Source of the DNA: Microcaecilia unicolor
Lineage: Eukaryota
DNA length: 64,000 bases
NCBI RefSeq assembly: GCF_901765095.1
Contig: NW_021963017.1
Coordinates: 174,253-238,252, forward strand
Direction: 5' to 3'
Part shown: piece after piece, positions 1-13,875 of the stretch
Position numbering within the stretch: the first letter of the stretch is position 1
Layout: every line of letters starts with the position of its first letter
Position numbers and translations under genes: made by a program
Notes under the pieces: generated by a model
Databases searched by the model: none
The model's input: only the letters and a program-made list of their open reading frames with translations
Told to the model about the DNA's origin: nothing

Positions 1-2289
1 TAATACAGATGACTGAATACGGGAAATGAGCATACAGGCCTGATACATCTTAAGGACAAAAGAGTCCAGGGTCCTAGCTTCTCTGCCCTGAGGCACCAAA
101 GCATAGTCCCTAGAACTCCTGGCCCCTTTGAGTGTGGATTCCACCACCATGGAGTGATAAGGCAACTAGGGCCTATCAAACCCAGGGGTACCCTGAATCA
201 GGTACATGGTGTCAATTTTCTCGGGGTGTACTAGGACAGACAGAGAACACTCCTAGTTCTTCACCAGACAGTCAAAGCCTCTCTAGGAGGACAGTCGTAG
301 TCTAGGTCCTCAAACATCTTAACCCTGGGCTCATCCTCCACTTACAAATGAATGGAAATAGCAGCAGCCATTTCCCTAGCAAAAGAGGGAAAAGAGAGAC
401 TTTCCGGGAGAGACTTCCACCTCTCTTCAGGAGGGAAGGGATCAGAGGGTACACCATAGAACTCTCCTCCAAGGAGTACTGTGGGTCCTCATCCGATACC
501 CATGAGCGCTCCTCATCAGTGTCAGCAAAGAACTCCTCAGGGAGACCAAGCCTGCCTCAACATAGAGGAGCCATGCCCTGGGCATCAAGGAGTCAGCTCC
601 AGCCTCAACTCCAGCAAAGCTTCCTCCACCAACGTCGAGGGGGTGACAACCTGGGCGGCAGTCAATACCAGATTCCTCACCTTGGACTAAGGGCCATGCA
701 GGGCTGAAGAGAGAGGCATGGCAGGAGAAAGCACCCCAGACACTGATGCACTCTTCTGGAAATAGCCCAACAGCTGCTCAAGGAGCAATGCCCAGATGCG
801 CTCGACGGCCAACACCGGGAAAGGCTGGGGCATCAGGTCTGAGACAGACTACTGAACCGTCAGTGTCTGCTGTTCCCAGCTGCAAGAAGACCTGTGCACC
901 AGCACTTCCTAGATAGAGGGGAGCAGTCCTCCCGGCACCGATGCTTCTCAGGTACCAGGTATTCTCTTGGTGCTTTGGAGTTCCCAGTACCATGTGTAGG
1001 AGATCGATGCCAATACTTCTTGACCTTTGCCTAAGGCACAACAATCGAGGCTCCTCGGTACTGACAAGGATGATGTCACATCCTCACGTTGCCTTGGTGT
1101 CGGGTCCAATGCAGACCAGTCTTGGAGGAAGTCAGCAATGAGGCAGGTAGAGACTCACTCGATGCACAATCACTCCCAGAATGGGTAAAGAAGACAGTCA
1201 GAAGGAGAATGATCAGGCTCCAATCAATTAAGATACTAAGAATGGGTGTCTTTGCCAGAGATGGTCCGATTCCACTAGAAACAATGCTTGAAGCCACTGG
1301 GCACCTTCAAGGACATGGAAGGGAATACAGCCATGGCCGAATCAAATGACGCGAGGGTGTCGGGAAAAAAAAGGGAAAAAGCAGCCGAATAAAAGAGAGA
1401 GGCAAGCACAACCGGAGCCCATGCCTAAAAACTGCATACCAAGCACCATAAAAAAAATTAAAAAAAAACTTAAAAGCACGCAAAAAAAAAAAAAGAAAGA
1501 AAACAAAAATACAGGGAAAGACTGAAAAAGAAAAACAGGGAAGGCACAAAAAAAAAAAAAAATCACAGCCAGCATGGAGCAGGAGAAAATGGCATCCTTT
1601 CCTAACAGTGGGAAAAAAGTAACTGCAGGACCCGCTCTCCCGCAGCGAGCAGGAAGGCATTCACACATGCGCGATGGGAGTGCTGCACAAGCTCAAAGAC
1701 ATTTTAAACTGTCTATAATCTTCGGACGAGGTACTGCAGATTGCGATACCCACACAAGAGAGATTATAGCTTGCTTGTCCTCAGAGGATGCTATTTAACT
1801 ATTCCATCCCTCCCAATTGGTTCTTCTCTAAACTGAAGAGCCGTAATCTGTTTAACCTTTATTCTTAAGGACACACACACACAAAAGAGTAAACAGAATA
1901 AACCTAGGAGGAAAAATTGCTATATCCACAACAAACCTCCAAATAAAGAAAAGTATGTATATATGAAACTTATACAGAAATTCCCAATACATTTATATAA
2001 CAAGATTTTTTTGCTCATAACCTTTGACAGTATGAAAAACTTCAATGGGATTCATTATAAAACTTTGTTGCTCATGTGGACTGAGGAATAAAATTACAGC
2101 TCTTTCAGACGAAGAATAGAAATTGGACTGTAATCCAGATTGCTCATCATAACTCACAAGCACCTTATATTTTCATCAGAAAAATTTTTTTTTTTTTGTT
2201 TCAATTTTGATTCTTTTCAATAAATAACTTGGACAGATACAAGAATTACAAATATGAGAGATGGCTGTGTGTGACACTGTATGGTGCCA

Positions 2290-2410
2290 ACACCATCCTT
2301 GCTCCCCTGTTTACTAAGCTGCGCTAGCGGCTGCTGTGTGCAAATGCCGGCACAGCCCATTCACTTTGAATGGGATGTATCAACACTGCTGCGTGGCTTA
2401 GTAAACAGGG
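2290..2410. mobile_element. MITE-like hairpin element (family also at 36480-36620 and 37190-37300)
   Basis: The ends are inverted repeats: tttactaagctgcgctagcggctg ... cagctgctagcgc...cttagtaaa. The window holds three copies of ~120 bp. Confidence 0.5.
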
Positions 2411-3299
2411 GGACTGGTTATAAGAACAAAAAATCTTTATATAAGTGTATTGTGAATTTCTGTATAAGTTATATAAGCATACTTTCCCTTATTTGGAGGT
2501 TGGTTTGTTGTAGGTTATTAAGGAGTCATTCATCCCTTTTATTATTTTTAATCACCCTTCTCTGCATACATGGTCAAAATCTAAGCAGTTTGATATTCTT
2601 CCTTTTATTCATCACTCATTTCTGACTGATTTTTAACATTCTACTTGATTTTTTGATTATTGTAGCAAACTGAATTTAGGATTTCAGCATATTGCCCCTT
2701 TTATTATTTTTGTTGCCCTTGTAATGCTATCACGCTTTTCTTGAAATGGGGCAAACAAAACTACAGTACACTTGGTATTCACAATGCGCTTGCAGCATAC
2801 ATTATTACATGCTTCTCTTTTAGGACCCGATGCACAAAGCTTACCGAACTGGGAACTTTTGCTTTAGACTGGTTGTAGCTAGTCTAAAGCAAACAACATT
2901 AAGTGAGTAATACACAAAGGGGTTTTTTGTGGCTCTAACGTGTGCCATTAATAGCCACCAAGAACCTCATGCAACTACATTCTAATTAGTTTATCAGACA
3001 ATACACAACTCCAGAGCACCTAGCTTTAACGAGATAATTTTATGGCTGCTCTGGAGCTGGCGGAGAGAAGGGAAGCACAAGCTGGTAGCTGTAAAGGCTT
3101 CCAGCGTGTGCTCTCTACTTCTCTGCTCCCAACCCTCACCCTGGCAATCCCCACTCCCCCCATTTTGAAGATTCCCTAAATATATCGGGCAGGGGCTGGG
3201 CACCACCATTTTTGAAGCAGCAGGGCCCGAAGCAGGAGGGAGGGGTTGCTCCTGCCTAGAACTTTATAAGATAGAAGCAGGAGAGAAGAGAGGGGAGAT

Positions 3300-3615
3300 C
3301 ACTAGACCACTAAGGTAGATCTTTGCGGGGGTGCAGGGGAGCCGGGTCCACTGGCGCACCAGGGTGATTTTGCTAGGGGGACTGGGGGTGTGGACCACAA
3401 GGGAATTGTTTCAGGGGGGTCAGAATGGGGATAGTTTGGAGGGGGAGGTGGTGGACTCCCCCTTGGATGTTTTTCAAGTTTGGGGGGTTCACTAGACCCC
3501 CCACCCAAGGAAAGTCTCAAGTTTAGAGAGGGTAAGGGGTCCACTGGCCCACCAGGTGCTTTTTGTGTTGGGGGGTCAGAGGTGGTCCACTAGACCATCA
3601 GGGATTTTTATGCTT
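3300..3615. repeat. Tandem repeat with ~40-45 bp units (ggtccactagaccaycagggatttt...)
   Basis: Direct tandem reiteration is visible in the sequence, which is G-rich. Confidence 0.7.
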
Positions 3616-4039
3616 TGAGTCACAAACAGCAACTGATGCACAAAGGGGGATTCATGCATCTCATTTGCATGCAATCTCTTTTGTGCATCGGTCCCTGTTT
3701 GCAATTCGGTAAGTTTTATCAAGGCAGCCATATTTTATGGCTGCCTTTGTGCACTGGGCATTCTATTGTTTTTGAGTACCACCACACTAAGTATCAAATT
3801 ATATATCATCAAATTTTATACTACTTTTCTGGAACAATCCATTCAGAGCCAAACACAACTGATAAAGAAAAAACAAATGCAAATTCACTATTTAATACCC
3901 ATTATGCAGTAACAAAGCAGTTTTAATCCATTCATGTTACAAATGCAGGGGTAAAATAAAGATCCAAAAGATCTCATTCTGCAAAAGCGTAGGATAAAGG
4001 GAAATAGTTTGTAGTTGAAAGTAGTTTTTAAGATGCATT

Positions 4040-4078
4040 GACCCCTAATGGCAACCCCCCCCCCCCCCCCCCCCCCCG
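4040..4078. repeat. poly(C) homopolymer tract
   Basis: A run of more than 25 C. Confidence 0.95.
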
Positions 4079-5616
4079 ACTACTACTAGGAGTCCCAGAT
4101 GCCCATTTTGAACCCATCATCAGAAGGAACAGGCTGTGACTCACTCCATCTCCAACCCCAATACAACCCCTGGGATACCACAGGTTTAGTCACTCCAGCA
4201 GGAAATTAAGGTGCAATGAAAGCCCAACTTTTACATCACATTAATAATTCTCCCCTTAACATGTAGTGTGCTCAGAACAAACCAATATATACGTTTAGAA
4301 TTTGGAACGTCCCACTACAAACTACTTCTCAACCAAACATTCTTTGTTTAATTAAAAACATTTTGTTACACTTTGATGCAATTTCTCAGCGAGGTCCAAT
4401 GACCTCAACTGACATAAAAAAATTACTGTACAATTTAAACTAAATCTTTTAACCCACTTTTTGCATTACCAAAAAAAAAAAAAAAAAGCTGATAATGGCC
4501 GATCAGCCTATTATTACAGTGTACAATTGCACCTGGATTTTTAAAGGCTTTTCGCCTTACACACATAACGCGAGAAACGTCTCAGTGAATCAAGCGTAGC
4601 TACCTACAGATCAAAAACAACACAACCCACTTAAAAAGGAACAAGGCAAGAAGAACAATGTGCAGACATTTTACAGAGCAACAGGAAAGCCAATAACGCC
4701 AGTGAGGGCTGAATGACTATGAAAGTAAAGTGGAAATCACGTTACCAGGGATACCAAGTCACACCCTTACATACATTTTAGGACCAGTCTTCCCTCCCCA
4801 TCTACCATCTCTCTCTTTCTCTCCCCGATCTAGGATGCCCCCCCCCCTTCCCTGTCCGCGATAAGGCACCCCCACCCTCTTATCCTACCGTCAAACTGAC
4901 ACCAGCCGTGAGTAGTGATTACCCACCACCAGCCCCAACTTCCTTGCTTTAGAGCGCTACCATCCCAGTATTCATGCAACGTCTCTCCTTCGAATGTCCC
5001 GCCTCACCGGAATCAGGAAATTGCGTCAGATGAGGGCAGGAGCCACCCGGAGGACGCTGTAGATTGAAAGAATTGCGCACCAGAAGCAGAACCTGAAGAG
5101 AGCGAGATCCATTCTTGACTCTGGAGAACGGGGTGATTTACTGGAATGGAAGTAATTCCTTTGGGTCATGTGGGAATATACGAGCCTCTCAGTGACCAAC
5201 TACATATGCAGGGTCCTTCCTTCAGTAATTCAGCGCAGCAATTGCTCTCTACCCGGGCTAAGGCAGACAAGGACTTTTAATAAAATATGAGATAGCAGGA
5301 ACGTGCTTGGCCCATTATCTGGGCTGAAGCCAGTAGGCGGAGCTTGCCGCCATATTGAGTTACCCAAGGCAATAGAAATCAAACAAAATAGAACATGGAA
5401 AAGAAAATAAGATGATACCTTTTTTTATTAGACATAACTTAATACATTTCTTGATTGGCTTTCGAAGGTTGCCCTTTTTTGTCAGATCGGAAATAAGCAA
5501 ATGTGGTAGCAGATGTATATATAAGTGAAACATCCAAGCATTTCTTTGACAGTCTGATAGGGTGGGGGTGGGTAGGAGGTGTGCATGGGGACATCAAAGC
5601 ATTTCATTGATAGTCT

Positions 5617-5883
5617 TGGAATAAACTCCCTGAGCCCATATGCCAAGCCCCCTCCCTGCTCATCTTCAAATCCTTGCTTAAAGCCCACCTGTTCAATGTC
5701 GCTTTCGGCACCTAACCATTGTACCTCTATCTGTGAGAAATCCAAATTGCCCCAATTTGATTTACTGCATTTTTGTCCATAGATTGTAAGCTCCTTTGAG
5801 CAGGGACTGTCCTTCTTTGTTAAATTGTACAGCGCTACGTAACCCTGGCAGCGCTTTAGAAATGTTAAATAGTAGTAGTAGTA
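5617..5883 (-). mobile_element. SINE, minus orientation, with an (ACT)n/(TAG)n tail
   Basis: The core gcgctacgtaaccctggcagcgc...cctgctcaaaggagcttacaatctatgg recurs at 15095-15140 and 22440-22700. A (TAG)5 run sits at 5868-5883. An 8-bp gatagtct on both sides is a candidate target-site duplication. Confidence 0.55.
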
Positions 5884-5943
5884 GATAGTCTAACAGGATG
5901 GGTGTGGGTAGGTGAGAGGGGGGTGATAAACAGAGAAATACAA

Positions 5944-6130
5944 CTTCCATATCATCAAGCTGATCAATCCATAGACTGGTGGGTTGTGTCCATCTACCAG
6001 CAGGTGGAGATAGAGAGCAAACTTTTGCCTCCCTATATGTGGTCATGTGCTGCCGGAAACTCCCCAGTATGTTCTCTATCTCAGCAGGTGGTGGTCACAC
6101 ACAGCAGCAGCTCTGGCTAGGCCTCCAAGC
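5944..6130 (+). repeat. DIRS left inverted terminal repeat
   Basis: The reverse complement of 11655-11755 matches it over more than 100 bp. Its first 36 nt are complementary to part of the internal complementary region at 11042-11077. Confidence 0.6.
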
Positions 6131-6411
6131 CTAATCCTTAGGTTTTGTTGAGGCCTGGGGTTGAGGGCTCTTTTGAGCAAGTGCAAACCTGGTGGTGCCA
6201 GGTCCCTCCTTTTCTCCCCCCTCCCGCTGGCTCCGTTAAAAAAAAAAAAAAAATTTTAAACGTCCTTAAAGGCGTTTATTTCGACGTTTATTTAAACGTT
6301 CATTGCAGCTACTCACTGGGACACCAGTTCGTTACAGCTCGGAGCGGCAAGCAGGTAATTTTACCTTTTTATAGCGGGCAGGGGGTTCCCCGATTCTTCT
6401 CCTCGTGGCAT

Positions 6412-8078
6412 ATGGCGTCGGAGGGCGAGGGCGCAAAGGGTCGCTCCCCGGATCGCTGGAGCGCTTCTAGAGGGGATGCGGGGGTTTTACAGCCTGATTC
6501 GCCCTTGATGGGTGACAGTTTAGTGACCGATGAATGTCCCGGTCCTTCCTCCGGCGTGGCGGTTTTTCCCGCCATAAACGCCCATCCCCCGCTCCTCGCC
6601 TCCGCCATCTTGGCCGGCCACGCGGCTCGGACGGCTTCTTCGTGGGCCGCCCTTGAGGTTGGAGACATTAATGCCATGAACGCCCTTAATTTGGGCGACG
6701 GCACAAAAGCGGCTAAAGTTAAGCGCCGTTCTTCCCGCGCGGCTCCTTCGCGGAGTTTCACACCGGACGCCATTTTGGATGTGCAGCATGTCTCTCCCCC
6801 GCTATTGCGAGCGCCGGTTGAGAGTGCGTCTAGGGCTGTTGCCCAGGCTGCAGAAGTGCACAGTCTGGGGGGTTTCTCCCCCGAGTTTGTTTTGCTGCTG
6901 CATCAGGCTTTCCTCATGCAAAACGCTGCCCCTGCTCCCTCGTCTGGTAAAGAGGTTGAGGTTCCCAGAGGTAACGCCCTCGGGTTGATTCCCAGGCCTT
7001 GGAGGACTTTGTCTCCTCCGATGTAGATGAGGGCAGCGTGTCTGAGGTCTCCCAACGGTCCTTTGCGGATTCCTTGGAGGAGATAGATCCCCGCTCGGAT
7101 GGAGCGGATGACCCCTCTGCAGCGCGGCTTTTTAGCCCAGAGGATTTGCCCAACCTGTTGTTACAGGCCATGGACACTTTGAAGATTTCCTCTCCGGAGG
7201 ACGTCTCTCCCTCAGCCCCTGTTGGCTCTGCCATTATGCTGGGGACGAAGCGCCCGCCTAGAACCTTCCACGTGCATGATGCCATGCACACCTTAATTTC
7301 GGCTCAATGGGATGTCCCGGAAGCGAGCCTTAAAGTGGCTAGGGCTATGTCCCGCCTCTATCCTTTGGCTGTGAGTGAACGTGAGGCCTATCTGTGGCCT
7401 ACCGTGGATTCTTTAATCACTGCGGTGACTAAGAAAACGGCTTTGCCGGTGGAAGGTGGCACGGCCCTGAAGGACGCCCAAGACAGAAGATTGGAGGCGG
7501 CCTTAAGGTCGTCCTTTGAGGCGGCTGCTTTAAGTTTGCAGGCCTCAGTTTGCGGCTCCTATGTGGCCAGGGCGTGCCTGACTATGGTGCAGCGGGCTTC
7601 CCCCTCGGATCATTCCTTGAGGGCTGATTGGCCGGCCCTGGAATCGGGCTTAGCCTATTTGGCAGACTTGCTGTATGATGTCTTGAGGGCCTCAGCTAAA
7701 GGTATGGCTCAGACAATCTCTGCGCGGCGGTGGCTTTGGCTGAAACATTGGTCTGCTGACCACGCCTCTAAATCCCGCCTGGCTGGATTGCCTTTTAAAG
7801 GCAAGCTGCTCTTTGGGGTCGAGCTGGACAAAATCGTGACCGATCTCGGCACGTCTAAGGGCAAGAAATTACCAGAGGTCAGGGCTCGGGCTAGTACTCG
7901 TCCCGGTACCTTCAGAGGACGGTTGCAGGAAGCCCGTCGGTACCGCCCGGGCAAGTCGGGCTCCTCTGCCCCTTCTTCCTTCAAGAGGAATTTCTCCCCC
8001 AAGCAGCATTCCTTTCGCAGAGACCGCCGTCCCGGAGGTGCTCCCTCCGGTCCTCCCCCAGGGTCTCGTACCCAATGA
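6412..8078 (+). CDS. DIRS ORF1, Gag-like, in two overlapping frames (6145/6412-7026 and 6999-8078)
   Basis: Long ORFs immediately upstream of RT. The frames overlap at ~7000 and the downstream end overlaps the pol frame at 8038-8078. There is no recognisable catalytic motif. Confidence 0.45.
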
Positions 8079-9978
8079 CGGGGCCTTGGTCCACGCCCCA
8101 GTGCAGATTGGAGGACGGCTGTCCTCGTTTCTGGGCGAGTGGACCACAATAACTTCAGACGCGTGGGTGCTGGAAGTCATCAGAGACGGCTACAAGCTAG
8201 AGTTCTGCCGACCCTTAAAAGACGGGTTCGTACTCTCTCCCTGCAAGTCTCCGGTCAAAGCTGTGGCAGTGCAGCAGACCTTGGACAATCTGATCCGCCT
8301 GGGCGCGGTCGTTCCGGTGCCAGAAAGTCAGCTTGGCAAGGGACGTTACTCCATTTACTTTGTGGTACCAAAGAAAGGAGGTTCTGTCCGGCCTATCCTC
8401 GACCTCAAAGGGGTCAATCGGGCCTTGAAAGTGTGGCACTTTCGCATGGAGACTCTCCGGTCTGTTATAGCGGCAGTGAAGGCAGGAGAGTTCCTGGCAT
8501 CCTTGGACATCAAGGAAGCGTACCTGCATATTCCCATCTGGCCTCCTCATCAACGCTTTCTGCGTTTTGCAGTCCTGGGACGACACTTCCAGTTCAGAGC
8601 CCTCCCATTCGGGTTGGCTACTGCTCCGCGGACCTTTTCCAAAGTAATGTTGGTCATCGCGGCCTTCCTACGAAAGGAAGGGGTACAAGTCCATCCTTAT
8701 CTGGACGACTGGTTGATCCGAGCCCCCTCTTATGCAGAGTGCGGCAAAGCTGTGAACCGGGTAGTTGCTCTTTTGAGCTCCCTGGGATGGATCATCAACT
8801 GGGAGTAGAGCCAGCTGCGCCCGACTCAGTCCCTGGAGTACCTGGGAGTTCGATTCGACACCCAAGTGGGCAGAGTGTTCCTGCCAGACAATCGGATTGT
8901 CAAACTTCAGGCTCAAGTGGACCAGTTCCTAGTAGCCTCTCCTCCTCGGGCTTGGGACTATGTGCAGCTGTTGGGCTCTATGACGGCCACGATGGAAGTA
9001 GTGCCCTGGGCCAGGGCTCATATGAGACCACTTCAACAATCTTTGCTGCGGCGCTGGACTCCGATGTCGGAGGATTATGCTGTGCGCCTTCCCTTTGACC
9101 CAGCAGTGCGCAAGGCGCTGAGCTGGTGGATGCAGACAGACAAGTTGTCTGCGGGAATGCCTCTGGTGACCCCAGAGTGGATTGTCGTCACGACGGACGC
9201 CTCTTTGTCGGGCTGGGGAGCCCACTGCTTGGGAAGGACAGCGCAGGGGCTCTGGTCTCCTGCAGAGGCAAAGTGGTCTATCAACCTCCTGGAACTCAGA
9301 GCCATTCGGTTGGCGCTTTTGGAGTTCATCCCGGTACTGGTGTTGAAGCCTGTACGGGTCCTGTCAGACAATGCCACGGCTGTGGCCTATGTCAACCGCC
9401 AGGGAGGTACCAAGAGCGCCCCTCTAGCCAAGGAGGCTATGAATCTTTGCCAGTGGGCGGAAGCGAACCTGGAGCAGCTTTCAGCGGCCCACATTGCCGG
9501 AGTCATGAATGTCAAGGCGGTCTTTCTCAGTCGCCATACCTTGGAGCCCGGAGAGTGGCAACTATCTGCTCAGGCGTTCTTGGACATCACGAAGCGCTGG
9601 GGCCAGCCGAGCCTAGATCTGATGGCGTCATCGGCCAATTGCCAAGTGCCGCGCTTTTTCAGCAGAGGACAGGACCCTCGATCCCTGGGAGTAGATGCTC
9701 TTCTCCAACAGTGGCCGACACAAGAGCTCCTCTATGTGTTCCCGCCCTGGCCCATGTTGGGCAGGGTGCTAGACCGGGTGGCAAAGCATCCCGGCAGGGT
9801 AATCCTGGTGGGTCCGGATTGGCCCAGACGTCCCTGGTATGCGGACTTGATCAGGCTCTCAGTCGACGATCCTCTGCGGCTGTCAGTGGAGCAGGGCCTG
9901 TTACATCAGGGTCCCGTGGTGATGGAGGATCCCTCCCCCTTTGGTCTTACGGCCTGGCTATTGAGCGGCAGCGTCTGA
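8038..9978 (+). CDS. DIRS pol, one reading frame interrupted by an in-frame TAG: reverse transcriptase at 8038-8808 and an RNase H-containing region at 8866-9978
   Basis: RT motifs FRALPFGLATAPRTFSKVM and YLDDWLI are present. The RNase H motif VTTDASLSGWGAHC is present. Both ORFs sit in frame 1 and are separated only by the TAG at 8806-8808. Confidence 0.75.
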
Positions 9979-11018
9979 GGAAGAAGGGCTTCTCAGACAA
10001 GGTCATCGCCACTATGCTAAGAGCGAGGAAGCGCTCTACTTCTACTGCTTACGCCAGGGTTTGGCGTATCTTTGCAGCGTGGTGTGAAGCAGGCTCACTT
10101 TCTCCCTTCACTGCTCCAATTTCTTCAGTGTTGGCGTTCCTGCAAGAAGGTCTGGAGGAAGGCCTGTCGCTCAGTTCCCTTAAAGTCCAGGTAGCGGCTC
10201 TGGCTTGCTTCAGGGGCCGCCTGAAGGGTGCTTCCCTGGCTTCGCAGCCAGATGTGGTGCGCTTTCTCAAGGGAGTTAATCACCTGCGCCCTCCTCTGCA
10301 CTCAGTGGTGCCTGCGTGGAATCTCAACCTGGTGCTAAGAGCATTGCAGAAGCCACCTTTTGAACCCTTGTCAAGGGCATCTCTGAAAGACCTGACGTGG
10401 AAAGCAGTCTTTTTGGTGGCTATCACTTCAGCCAGAAGAGTTTCCGAGCTCCAGGCGCTCTCATGTCGAGAGCCTTTTCTGCAGTTCACTGAGGCAGGAG
10501 TGACTATTCGCACAGTGCCTTCCTTTCTGCCCAAGATTGTTTCTCGCTTCCATGTGAATCAGCAGCTCTGTCTCCCTTCCTTTCGTAGGGAGGACTACCC
10601 AGAGGAGTACTCTGCTCTTAAATATCTGGATGTGAGGCGAGTCATCATCAGATACTTGGAAGTGACCAATGATTTCCGGAAATCGGATCATCTGTTTGTC
10701 CTGTTTGCAGGTCCTCGTAAGGGTCTGCAGGCTGCTAAGCCTACAGTGGCAAGATGGGTCAAGGAAGCCATTGCAGCGGCTTATGTGGCCGCAAGGAAGG
10801 TGCCGCCTATCCAGCTGAAGGCTCACTCCACGAGAGCTCAGGCGGCCTCGATGGCAGAGGCCGGATCCGTCTCCTTGGAAGAGATATGCAAGGCGGCAAC
10901 TTGGGCTTCGGCTCATACATTCTCCAAGCATTACCGTTTGACGGTGGCTGCACGGGCAGAGGCCCGGTTTGGAGCTTCAGTGTTGAGGTCAGGGATTTCA
11001 ATGTCCCGCCCTGGGTGA
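9930..11018 (+). CDS. DIRS tyrosine recombinase (YR)
   Basis: The C-terminal catalytic region reads AHSTRAQAAS...ATWASAHTFSKHYRL, giving an R..H..R..Y arrangement. The frame differs from pol and overlaps its end. Upstream of ~9930, ORF 9126-11018 is an alternate-frame artefact of the RNase H region. Confidence 0.75.
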   Translation, partial: SLPLWSYGLAIERQRLRKKGFSDKVIATMLRARKRSTSTAYARVWRIFAAWCEAGSLSPFTAPISSVLAFLQEGLEEGLSLSSLKVQVAALACFRGRLKGASLASQPDVVRFLKGVNHLRPPLHSVVPAWNLNLVLRALQKPPFEPLSRASLKDLTWKAVFLVAITSARRVSELQALSCREPFLQFTEAGVTIRTVPSFLPKIVSRFHVNQQLCLPSFRREDYPEEYSALKYLDVRRVIIRYLEVTNDFRKSDHLFVLFAGPRKGLQAAKPTVARWVKEAIAAAYVAARKVPPIQLKAHSTRAQAASMAEAGSVSLEEICKAATWASAHTFSKHYRLTVAARAEARFGASVLRSGISMSRPG

Positions 11019-11035
11019 GTACTGCTTCGGTACAT

Positions 11036-11140
11036 CCCACCAGTCTATGGATTGATCAGCTTGATGATATGGAAGGTAAAATTATGTATAATCATACCTG
11101 ATAATTTTCTTTCCATTAATCATAGCTGATCAATCCATAG
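11036..11140 (+). repeat. DIRS internal complementary region (ICR)
   Basis: It joins the complement of the left-repeat start to the complement of the right-repeat end, meeting at a TA: ...cagcttgatgatatggaag|gtaaaattatgtataatcatacctgataattttctttccattaatcaTAgctgatcaatccatag. Confidence 0.65.
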
Positions 11141-11599
11141 CCCCTCCCAGATATCTGTACTGTTTTTATTCTGGTTGCATTTCAGGTTCAAGTTTAGTCT
11201 TCAGTTACTTCAGAAAGACTTCGTGTTCAAGTTTTTTCACTTGGATTCTTCAAGAGTTGAGACGAGTTTGTGTTACAGTGAGCTGCTGCATTCCTCTCCC
11301 CCCGGTTTTACGGGGCTGGATTGAGACATAAATTCTGCCGGCACTCCCTCCCGCTTCGTGCGGCTGTAGGGCAGCTTTGTACCCCTCCCGCTTCGGCGGT
11401 GTTAGGGTCAGTCAGCTCCTCCCGCGGTTGCAGGATAAGCCAGATCCCCCCGCATCGGCGGGTGTGGTGTCCCTCCCCCGCTCCGCGGGGATGAGCTGGA
11501 CGGATTCCCCTCCCCCACTTGTGTGGGGATGAGCTGGGTTAATTCCCCTCCCCCGTTTCGGCGGTGGTGAGCTGGGCAGAGTGTCCCTTCGTGGGTGTA

Positions 11600-11755
11600 A
11601 TTCTCTAAGTGCTGAGTCCTGCGGATGGAGCTTTGATATCGACATACTGAGGAGTTTCCGGCAGCACATGACCACATATAGGGAGGCAAAAGTTTGCTCT
11701 CTATCTCCACCTGCTGGTAGATGGACACAACCCACCAGTCTATGGATTGATCAGC
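11600..11755 (+). repeat. DIRS right inverted terminal repeat, proximal part (the distal part at 13353-13400 is separated by the Tc1 insertion)
   Basis: Reverse complement of the left repeat. Its continuity across the Tc1 is inferred from the ICR. Confidence 0.6.
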
Positions 11756-11757
11756 TA

Positions 11758-11965
11758 CAGTGGGGGAAATAAGTATTTGATCCCTTGCTGATTTTGTAAG
11801 TGTGCCCACTGACAAAGACATGAGCAGCCCATAATTGAAGGGTAGGTTATTGGTAACAGTGAGAGATAGCACATCACAAATTAAATCCGGAAAATCACAT
11901 TGTGGAAAGTATATGAATTTATTTGCATTCTGCAGAGGGAAATAAGTATTTGATCCCTCTCGCAA
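11758..11965. repeat. Tc1 left IR/DR (the right IR/DR is at 13143-13350)
   Basis: The two ends are reverse complements. Over the ~165 bp I compared by eye (outer, inner and intervening segments) I saw no mismatch. Each holds two copies of the gggaaataagtatttgatccc transposase-binding-like direct repeat. Confidence 0.85.
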
Positions 11966-11972
11966 ACAAGAC

Positions 11973-13079
<1,107 letters not shown>

Positions 13080-13875
13080 TCATGCAGGTAACGAGTTGAT
13101 TTGGAGCATCTACCTGGTCTGTAGGGGCCAGATCTCTTACTGGTTGGTGGGGGATCAAATACTTATTTCCCTCTGCAGAATGCAAATAAATTCATATACT
13201 TTCCACAATGTGATTTTCCGGATTTAATTTGTGATGTGCTATCTCTCACTGTTACCAATAACCTACCCTTCAATTATGGGCTGCTCATGTCTTTGTCAGT
13301 GGGCACACTTACAAAATCAGCAAGGGATCAAATACTTATTTCCCCCACTGTATGATTAATGGAAAGAAAATTATCAGGTATGATTATACATAATTTTACC
13401 TTTATGGTTTATAATGGGCTGGGAAACCCAGATCCAATAAAAAAAAAAAAAGGTATCATCTTATTTTCTTTTTCATGTTTTATTTTGTTTGATTTCTATG
13501 GATAACCTTTAAGAGTGGACTAACACGGCTACCACACCTCTCTACCCAAGGCAATAGCAAACGTGATTTTTTTGCATTCTTTCCGTTAGGAGGGGATAGT
13601 GGGAATTGGAGAGTTTTCCAGAGGTCTGTGAAGGAGGTGAAGGGTTATATGAAAAATGTTTGACGTTGCTCAACAGCTTCATTATTTCCAATGCTGTATT
13701 GTAGATTTGTGCTGTGCTATATGCCTTTAGTTTTTTTTTATGTCAATAAAGATATTTCTTCACAAAAACACTAGCAAACTCCTCGTATGACTGCCTATTT
13801 GTAGCACATCTGTAAAAAGTCTAAAGCTGTTCCACTTGGCTAGGCGCTGTCTTAAAAAGCACAGGATAAATTATT

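Noticed and set aside
348-1349. Several 60-120-aa ORFs in the first 1.3 kb
   Set aside because: They have no recognisable motifs and are randomly distributed on both strands. They are adjacent to an A-rich low-complexity tract (1350-1560). I treated them as chance ORFs.
9126-9930. The N-terminal 270 aa of ORF 9126-11018
   Set aside because: It is an alternative reading frame over the RNase H region and is Gly/Pro/Arg-rich with no motifs. The genuine recombinase signal begins only near 9930.
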